DNA of 64,000 bases. Origin: Octopus sinensis (Eukaryota). Below the pieces are notes generated by a model. The model was given only the letters and a program-made list of their open reading frames with translations. It did not search any database and had not been told where the DNA came from. The stretch spans positions 76,384,001 through 76,448,000 of the forward strand of contig NC_043002.1 in assembly GCF_006345805.1 (NCBI RefSeq). The letters are read 5' to 3'. The stretch's first letter is position 1. Each line of letters opens with the position of its first letter. Of the stretch, positions 53,831 to 64,000 are shown piece by piece. The translations under genes and the position numbers were made by a program.

Positions 53831-54678
53831 ATAATATATATATATATGTAGTATGTATGTTTATGTAAGAAAGTATGTATGCTATGTAGTAGTATGTATG
53901 ATGTATGTATGTATGTATGTAGTATGTATGTATGTATGATTTTGTGTGTATTCAGATACGTAAATTTATATTAAATTGCTTGAATGACAGAGCCTACAAA
54001 ATACAAACAAATGTAAGATGTGCGTCCTGTGTTATTGTATACGCATCTGTACACACACATTAATAAACACACACACACATAAGCAGTACGCACGCACACA
54101 TTCACATAAACACCTACATATACACATGCATTCGTATGTAATACATACATACATACATACATACATACATACATACATACATACATACATACATACAAAC
54201 ATACATACATACATACATACACACACATACATACATACATACATACATACATACATACTTACACATATACATTCATTCATAAAGCACGTGCTTTTCAACA
54301 CAAACATGATTTGTGTACGTTTAACCAATAAATCTTATAATAGTTATAATCACCCCGAGAAATATCATTTCAGTCATTTGTAAAAGAAATAGAATTGTTT
54401 GTGATGTTGGTTTTTTCCAACATGCCCGCTGGCCATCTTTATTTAAGCAAATAATTGTTTGAAATTTCTATAGATGTAAGATTTTCTTTTAATTTCTCTC
54501 ATATTGTATTTTAATCATTGCTTCGATTCGTTTCTATATTCCGATTCTTTCCTCTCTCCTCTCTCTTTTTTTTTTTTTTTTTCGGTTTTTGTCATTTTTG
54601 TTGTTGTTGTTGTTGTACATTGTGTATGCATGTGTGTGAGCGTTTCTGTCTCTGTGTGTGTATGTATGTATGTATGTG

Positions 54679-54720
<42 letters not shown>

Positions 54721-54859
54721 GTGAATATCTTTACTTTCGTACTCGTATATAATTTCGTACACAGGAACAATTCCGCAAAAATAATTGATAAAAAAGAAAC
54801 AATTCGTATATATATATATATTAATATAATATAGATAATATATATATATATATAATATA

Positions 54860-54904
<45 letters not shown>

Positions 54905-55139
54905 TATATATTATATATATATATATATTCCACGAGCAAGCTGTTCCTTTGATGGAATCAACTGGAACCTCGTCGTCGCAATCGACGGAGTGCCAGTACA
55001 CACACACACACAGACACACACACACACATACACACCACACACCCCACACACATCGCACACACACACACACATTTATATATATATAATTTATATATACATG
55101 CAAATACATATGTCGGTTATATGTGCATTCACATACTCA

Positions 55140-55144
55140 CAGAT

Positions 55145-55200
<56 letters not shown>

Positions 55201-55271
55201 AGGATAGAGGATAGATAGATAGGTAGGTGATAGGGTAGGTAGGTAGGTAGTAGGTAGGTAGATAGAGATAA

Positions 55272-55341
<70 letters not shown>

Positions 55342-55362
55342 CAGATATAGATAGATAGATAG
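55140..55362. repeat. (GATA)n/(GGTA)n microsatellite
   Basis: Seen directly. Confidence 0.95.
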
Positions 55363-55540
55363 ACTGATACGTTACCAAGGAGGAAGGAGAAATACTTAGA
55401 AAATAAAAAGTTGTGGTAGAAAGAGTTAGAGAGGAGAGAGAGTGATCGAGAGAGGAAGTGGAAGAGGGAAAGAGAAAGTGGAGAAATGAGAGAAAAAAAG
55501 AGGAATAAAAGGTAGAGGAAGGAAAATATGTGATTAATAT

Positions 55541-55602
<62 letters not shown>

Positions 55603-56289
55603 CTAGTATATATTAATGATATAATCTATAAATGGAACAATAACGGAATAGGGGGCATTAAAACATTCGAACAGATAGACAACACAGGGGAGGACAAGAG
55701 AAATAACAATTAGGACAGGCGAAAAGAAGACGGGTCATTCTTGGCTTTCTTTCTTCAGTCAAGTACCAGAAGTCACGACCATTTCGGACAGTTACACTTG
55801 AGATGGTTCGATCTGGTTGTCCCCCACCCCAAAGTCTTTCGAGTCAGAACGATACAAATTGAGCTGGCGTGTATGAAGCGAAAACCTAAAGGCAGGAACA
55901 TGGGAGATGGACACAAGACGTGTTGACAGCAGCTTCAATATTCTTAATATGATTTTCAAAGCCCTTGGAAACTGCTCCTAATGCTCCAATTAACATGTTT
56001 CAGATTTTGGTACAAGTCAACGATTTTAAGCACGTGTATGTGGTGGAGGTAATTAATTACATTGACCTCAGGGTTCAACTGGTACTTGATTTATCGAACA
56101 TGGTTGGCAGCCAGGCCAAGAAGTTCCATTTCAGATGATTGTAACAACGGTAAAAAAAATATCAATGTTAATTTGTTGATGCATTTGCGCAAGACTATGT
56201 CTGTATTATCAGACAATTGAAAAAAAAAAAAAAACTCTGTAAAACTCACGTACAAATTCTTCATGGTTCAAAACGTTGCTTACTTTTTT

Positions 56290-56985
56290 ACTCAACCTGA
56301 TAGTAGCGAGTTCGATTCCCGGACCGGGCTGTGTGTTTTGTTCTTGAGCAAGACACTTTATTTCCTGTTGCTCCTGTTCACTTAACTGTAGAAATGAATT
56401 GTAACATCAATGGTTGCCAAGCTGTATCGGCCTTTGCTTTTCCCTAAGATTGGTGGCGTGGGGACAGAGGAGTTTGGTATGCATGGGCGACTGCTGGCCT
56501 TCCATAAACAACCTTGCCCAGATTCATGCCTCGAGGGTAACTTCCTTGGTGCAATCCCATGGTCATTCATGACCGAAGTGGGGTTTTACCTTATTATTAA
56601 GGCGCGTGTCTTATTGGTTAGAGTATTCAACTAGCGATAGCAAGGTCGTGAGATCGATTCCAGACTGTGCTGCTGCGTCCTTGCGCAAGACACTTTATTT
56701 CACGTTGCTCCAGTCCACTCAGCTGGCAGTAATGAATTGTACCTGTAATTCAAAGGGCAGCCATGTCACATTCTCTGTCACGCAGAATTTCTCTGAATCG
56801 GAAACACGCCGGGCAGAATGATTAGCAGCATTTCGTCTGTCCTTACGTTCTGAGTTCAAATTTCCACCATGGTCGACTTTGCCTTTCATCCTTTCGTGGT
56901 CGATAAGATAAGTACCAGTCGAATACTGGGGTCGATGTAATCGACTAGTCTCTTCACTCCAGATTTCAGGCCTTGTGCCTCTAAT
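56290..56985 (+). mobile_element. Tandem SINEs: two family C copies, then one family B
   Basis: Heads at ~56300, ~56603 and ~56810. Confidence 0.8.
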
Positions 56986-56989
56986 AGAA

Positions 56990-57055
<66 letters not shown>

Positions 57056-57214
57056 TCAAGTAGTGCCTTCTCCTGTGACTCAAAGAGAAAATCCTTAGAA
57101 TGCGCGCTATACCCAACAATGCTGTCTTCTGGATCATCTCGAGCCTGACTGCAGCTTCAATATTCTTAATATGATTTTCAAAGCCCTTGGAAACTGCTCT
57201 TAATGCTCCAATTA
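57056..57214 (-). mobile_element. R4-like non-LTR 3' terminus embedded in (TAA)n
   Basis: IIGALRAVSKGFENHIKNIEAAVRLEMIQKTALLGIARILR, with (ATT)n on both sides. Confidence 0.85.
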
Positions 57215-57230
57215 TCATTCATTATTATTA

Positions 57231-57965
<735 letters not shown>

Positions 57966-58060
57966 AATGTCCTCACCTTATTCTTATATTAAAAGTCCCT
58001 TCCTTCCCCTCCTCCTCCTCTCCTCCTCCTTCCCCCTCCTCCCCTCCCACCACAACCACC

Positions 58061-58119
<59 letters not shown>

Positions 58120-58185
58120 ATTTTCTGCTGTTACTGCTGCGACTCGCGCTGCTGCCTGTCATATTTATGCAATAAACACCGTAAC

Positions 58186-58440
58186 CTGTGTCACTTATGA
58201 ATGAGAAGTTCACTTCGCAATGACGTGAATCCGAATTCCATAAGACTTCGTGGCACCTTAGGCCAGTCTCTTCTACCAAAACATTGGAATAAACCCAAAA
58301 CATTGCGAGTGAAATGAGATAGAAGGAAACGGTAAAAAGTCTGTTGGATGGAATGTTTCTGGTCTGGAGTGGTGGACTCACTCCGTTGCCAGATTTAACA
58401 CCACCACCACCATCGCCACCACCACAAGCTGCACGTAGCT
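58186..58440 (-). CDS. Candidate 255-nt exon encoding a Gly-rich segment, a hydrophobic TM/signal helix and a Cys-containing segment
   Basis: Branch/tract ctaatacacttgtcttcatcttttgttctctgatacacaag; ELRAACGGGDGGGG..RLFTVSFYLISLAMFWVYSNVLVEETGLRCHEVLWNSDSRHCEVNF. The donor (GTTACG) is weak. Confidence 0.4.
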
Positions 58441-58582
58441 CTTGTGTATCAGAGAACAAAAGATGAAGACAAGTGTATTAGTTTAACGCTTGGGATGAAT
58501 GGAAAAGTCTTTGACGTTTCGAGCCTACGCTTTTCGACAAAACGGATTGGGAGGTGGAATGGATATATGTGTGTGTGGTGTA

Positions 58583-58614
<32 letters not shown>

Positions 58615-58624
58615 TGTGTGTGCG

Positions 58625-58830
58625 CGTGTTTGTGTTTACCCTCCCACCATATGACAACCGGTATTGGTTTGTTCACGACCTTGTAACTTTGTGGTTCAGC
58701 AAAGAAACCGTTATTATATGAGCTACACTTAAAAAGAAAAAAAATGCTTAAAGTACTGGGGGTCGATTTCATCGACCAAAACCCTTCAAAGCGATGCTCC
58801 AGCATGGTCACAGTCTAATATCAGAAACAC
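58625..58830 (+). mobile_element. SINE family A, diverged 3' half
   Basis: Tail motifs. Confidence 0.75.
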
Positions 58831-58939
58831 ATAAAATTTAAAAAACCGTAAATATAGAAATAGCGAAAAAAAAAAAATTACAATAAACAAATAAAAATAC
58901 TACCACATTAACTATGTAGAAAATGATGCCACATCCGCA

Positions 58940-60010
58940 GGTGCCACATGATAAACAGCTTAAGTTTTACCATCACCCTAATACTTACAGCCCTTATAAT
59001 CACCGACACAATCCCCTTCATCAACGTCACGGCAGCATCATCAGTATCTGAGTACCACCATCACTACCACCACCACCACACCACCACCACCACCACCTAT
59101 TCTCCCCACCCCTCTATCTACACCCCCACCATCACCCCCCACCACTACCCTCCCTAACAATCCCTTCAACTGATACCACTACCACATCCATTACCACCAC
59201 CACACCACCACACCATCACGATCATTACTACTATCACAACCATTACCATCTCTACCACCACAACCATCTCTACCACCACTACCACAACCACTACAACCAC
59301 CAGCACCATAATCACCACCAGAATACCTCACCAACAACCCCTACAACCGATACCACTACCACCTTCACCATTAACACCATCACCATCATCACAATCGTTA
59401 CTACTACCACCACCACCACCATCACCACTACCATCTGTGCCACCACAACCACAACCACTCCAACCACTACCACAACCACCACCACCGTTACCACCTCCAC
59501 GGCTATTAAACTACCATCTCCATCATCACTGTGGCCTTGATTACAGCACGGCTGCCATCACGCACCACTAAGACCACACCAGCCACGCCATCATCATTAT
59601 CACTACAAAGACAACCACCACCACCACCACCACCACCATCATCATCATCTCAATGAATACCGACAATACAACCATCACATCACTATTACAACCACCACCA
59701 TCACCACCATCACCACCACCACCACCACCACCACCACCACCACCACCTCCACTACTACTTCTTCCACCCTCCCCCCATCGACGGCGCCGTCACCATTCAT
59801 CATGACCACTCTTACTCTGAATTCTTTGACCACCCCCACCAGCACCAACACCAACACCAACACCATCGTCCCAATGACCAGCATCACCACCACAACCACC
59901 ACCACCACCATCATCACCACCACTATCATTATCATCATCACGGTGACCACTTTTATCACAGCCACTACTCCCCACCACGGCCACCACCACCACCACCACC
60001 ACCACCGCCT
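58940..60010. repeat. Degenerate (CAC/CAT)n low-complexity tract
   Basis: Seen directly. Confidence 0.9.
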
Positions 60011-60217
60011 ATTCTCCATCTACATCGCACCCGTCTGGGTAAATTCTTTGTATTTATCCCAACTTCGTTATGTCTGCCGGTCTGGCACAAGATCAAAGGA
60101 AAAGAGTGCGCGCGCGTAATTGTGTGTGTGTGTCTGCGTGAATAAGTATAAGTACGTGCCGTTGGTGTTCGCATATAAGTATATATATATATGTTTGTAT
60201 GTGCCTCTGTGTGTGTG

Positions 60218-60250
<33 letters not shown>

Positions 60251-60259
60251 CGCGTGCGC

Positions 60260-60303
<44 letters not shown>

Positions 60304-60752
60304 GTGCGTGTGCGTATGCGTGTATTGGCGTAAATAGGAAAGGGAATCAGCTTATAGAGTGTCAAAAGGTCAGAAAATGATCACTTTTCGTTCTTTGACT
60401 TCACTGATTTCCTTTCTGAAGTCAAAATAGTCTCCGCTCAGTTGTATCTCTCTGCTTTCTACCTCAATGTAATACGTACATACATATAATTTATGCTCAT
60501 ATATATATCCATATATATATCTACATATATGTGTGTGTGTATGTATGTGCGTGTGCATGTGTGTTATAATATATAATATATAATATATATATATATATGC
60601 CTGTCAGCGTATGTTGATGTATGTGAGAGTGGTGTAGAGTGTGTATAAAGAGAATAATGGGTGAGGTCTGAGCGGGAGTGTGCAAATATGCCTCTCTGTG
60701 TATGTGCACGTGTGTTGTTGGTATAGTGCTAAGACGTGTGTGCGTATTATAT

Positions 60753-60805
<53 letters not shown>

Positions 60806-60909
60806 CATACATATTTATATACAGACTATATATAATATATATATACACATATATATATCCATATATATATTATATATATATATATTATATATATGTATAT
60901 ATTATATAT

Positions 60910-60940
<31 letters not shown>

Positions 60941-61094
60941 TTTCATATGAAGTTAGTATGTAATCATGTATAATTACATACATCATTTTTCTCTCCCTCT
61001 GTCTTGGCATCCGTCTCTCTTTCTTTCTCTCACTCTCTCTTTGCATACATATACACACAGACATACACACGCACATACATATTTATACATGCAT

Positions 61095-61144
<50 letters not shown>

Positions 61145-61723
61145 TGTATAACCGCATTCATACATATATACACATGTATTTATGTATACTTACACACAGA
61201 AATACAACCAAACATCCACTCACATAAATACGCACACACACACACACACACCCATACTTAAGCATGAAACCGCATGCGCGTGCACGCTCACATACACACA
61301 CGCACACATACGCACACGCACACATACGCACACGCACACACAATCATATATCTATACAAAAAAATCAATATTAGCACCTGAGAGGCCCTTTTAAATTGCT
61401 GTATCACAGTTGAACCGGCCTAGTAGAAGTTCTGTAAATATACAGTTGCTTCAACATCGACGGAAATTTAATGCCTTCCATTTGATGTTTCGGTTTTGAA
61501 TCACCAATGATTATGGCTCTTTTTATTACGGGGATGTCAAATTATTGTACACATTGCTGTTATAACTGTTTATTCCCACTGTCTGATTACTTTAGCAATG
61601 TTATATTGGTTTGTTGTTTTAGTTGGTTTTATTTTACGCAGGCTGCTCTTCCCCTTTCACCTTTCTCCTCCACAACGTAACATATCGCAGCACAACACAA
61701 CACACACAAACACAACGCTATAC

Positions 61724-61769
61724 CGTGCCTCACTGCTCCACACGGCTCCACGTCGCCTCCACGCTGCAT
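61724..61769 (-). CDS. Candidate first coding exon (MQRGGDVEPCGAVRH) spliced to 58440
   Basis: GC-rich; donor GTATAG in phase 1 is compatible with the phase-1 acceptor at 58440. Confidence 0.28.
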
Positions 61770-62045
61770 TACACCATATAGTTTCACATTGCCTTCTCCA
61801 AACCAGTTCTCTTCTGTTTGTCCTTTGTTCGGAAGAAGTCTCCAAATTGAGTTCTTCTCCTTCATTTCTCTACCTATAACGCTGTTCGTTGTCCTCTTAT
61901 ACAAAGGACCAAGCTTCAACCCCACAGCTTCCTCTAATTCATTCTGTCGTAGCAGCTTTCAACCTTTCAATGGAAGTAGTAGCGTCTCAAGGCATGGACA
62001 CACTAGGTGGTGGTGGGCCCGGAGTGGGGGTTGGGGAGGAATTTG

Positions 62046-62576
62046 TTTCCCTACGAGAGTTGCGTACCCCAGTTATGAACTCATTTGCATACAGCCAATC
62101 AGAGTTCAACTATCAAACTAATCTATGAGCGCATAACAAGTGACGGGCGATAAGATAAGACCACTTGGGTAAGGAATGACCATGCTTCTTTTTCTCTTTT
62201 AATAATGCTTTTTGTTCTTGTTCTTGTTTCAAACATGGTTGCCTCTGCGTAGTTATTTGTGTTGTTTACTTTGTAAAGCAGTAAGGGGAGAGGGTTGCTA
62301 GCACATCACCCTCTACCCACAGTTTTCCCATCCCCATCTTTACCGTATAGGGCCCTAACAAAATTCGATAATAGGTATAGATGCCAATCTATCTAATTAC
62401 TTGTCCCCTTCTAAAGTCAGACATAACTTGGGCGATCGGTCGACTTACAACACTGTTCTTCGTCTTGAGTTTACTTGGCGGAGTGTGTTTGTTAACTTGA
62501 CAACAAGATCAAGATGAGCTCTGATTGGCTGTATGCAAATGAGTTCATTACTGGGGTCCGGGACTCTCGTGGGAAA
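62046..62576. mobile_element. MITE-like element with ~62-bp inverted repeats containing ATGCAAAT and CCAAT
   Basis: 62046-62107 is inverse to 62515-62576. Confidence 0.7.
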
Positions 62577-62819
62577 AAAAGCCTTCGCCGCCCGGCACCT
62601 CACGGATCTACGTTTCTTTTTACTATTTATCTTTTACTGCGGCTATGCTGGGGCATCACCTTGAATAATTTTTTGTCGAACCAACCAGCCCCAGTACTAT
62701 GTGTGTCTATGTTTAGTTAGTGTGTGTGTGGGGGAAGTGCCTGTAATATTTGTATCTCCTGTTTATACACGTTCGTGTAATTTGTTTTATTTTTATTTTG
62801 TTCATGTGTTTACACCTAC

Positions 62820-62893
<74 letters not shown>

Positions 62894-63075
62894 TGGTTGT
62901 ATTTAGTTTAATTTTTTTTAATGTATATAATTATTTACTTCCATTTGTTTATTTGTTTATACACACATAGAGGAATACGCATGCGCAAATGAAAACACAT
63001 ACATTAGGAATACAAAATACAAAATGGCTGACCGTTAGTAAGGAGAGACACACAAATAAGAAAGAAGAAAGCAAA

Positions 63076-63120
63076 GGACCACTGATGAGGTCACAGAAGT
63101 GTGACGAAAGAACTCTGGCT
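63076..63120 (+). ncRNA. Type-I hammerhead motif, partly decayed
   Basis: cca CTGATGA g gtcaca-gaag-tgtgac GAA AG-aa-CT C tgg. Confidence 0.6.
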
Positions 63121-63689
63121 GAAATAAGATTAAGATTAATGTAAAAAATAAATAACGTTAAAGCAAATTAACACCAAATATTTAGTGCGTGTGTTTTCAT
63201 TGGCTAAACTGGCAACATTGGCTAAATACAACATCTGTTTCAACACACGATTTCACATCAAGAATCTTGCAAAACAAATATATATATATAAACTGGGCGT
63301 CCATATAAAATTTTATTGTTGAAATTTATCTGCAATAAATATGTTATACTTCTACAATACACAAAATATTTTAATTATTTTTATACAATTCCTAATAATA
63401 TTTAATTATAAAAATATAATAAGATTCTTTAGACATTGAATGGTTAGGAGGGTCCATCCGTGTAAAATAGAAACCAAAGGACCACTGAAAAGGTTTGAGA
63501 AACACTGATATAAATTAATTCTCCTCAGACATCGGGCTTTTGAAAGATCTTTCTGCTTAACAATAAACCCTTTTTCTCGGTTTCGTCGCCCATTTAATCG
63601 ATGTTATATGTAATTAAAAATTAAGTATGTAATTAAATAAATAAGCAGAAATGACCAAGAACAATTACGTGGTTAATGGGGATGTCTTT

Positions 63690-63895
63690 GATCTTTTATC
63701 TTTTACTTGTTTCGGTCATTGGACTGCGGCCATGATGGGGCACTGCCTTGACAGGTTTAGTCTAACAAATCGACTCCAGCGTTTTAGGCCTGGTATTTAT
63801 TCTATCGGTCTCTTTTGCCGAACGGCTGTGTTACGGAGACGTAAACAAATCGATACCGGTTGTCAAACGGTATGCGGGGTACAAACACGGATACA
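63690..63895 (-). mobile_element. SINE family A, 3' half
   Basis: Tail consensus. Confidence 0.85.
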
Positions 63896-64000
63896 CACAC
63901 ACACACACGCGCACACATACACACACGCATGCATACACACACACTCTCTCTCTCACACACACACACTATCTCTCTATCTCCTCTCTCTCTTTCCCTCTCT

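Noticed and set aside
55740-55905. Third exon for the minus-strand candidate gene
   Set aside because: Good acceptor but the frame ends in a stop without a convincing donor, and it adjoins the templated mosaic.
59312-60119. Poly-Val/Gly/Thr/His ORFs
   Set aside because: Products of the (CAC)n tract; open in several frames because the repeat lacks stops.

Overview
AT-rich, microsatellite-dense eukaryotic DNA with a 100-N scaffold gap at 48868-48967. The SINE families and repeat landscape look like an octopus/coleoid cephalopod genome (inference from recalled repeat families, not a database hit). I cannot support any intact protein-coding gene. Most long ORFs in the track are microsatellite artefacts. 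The window holds: (i) dozens of tRNA-derived SINE copies from about 4 families (my labels A-D); (ii) decayed transposons: a near full-length mariner (8141-9367), a Tc1 remnant, hAT-type MITEs, L1/Tx1, RTE, CR1/Jockey-like fragments, and restriction-like-endonuclease (R4-like, CRE-like) non-LTR fragments; (iii) a few low-confidence candidate exons. The main unexpected signal is at least nine type-I hammerhead-ribozyme (HHR) motifs in eight unrelated sequence contexts (10530, 16616, 25476, 28105, 34045/34621, 38298, 42709, 63079), plus one decayed motif at 48234. They include core variants (U4C; U3-A8 covariation; extra nucleotide after A9). Several sit in ~350-360-bp non-coding units that carry inverted duplications and, in two cases, terminal direct repeats. 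This points to a diverse set of Penelope-mobilised, retrozyme-like elements that may form circular RNA. All folding and alignments were done by eye; coordinates of decayed repeats are approximate.
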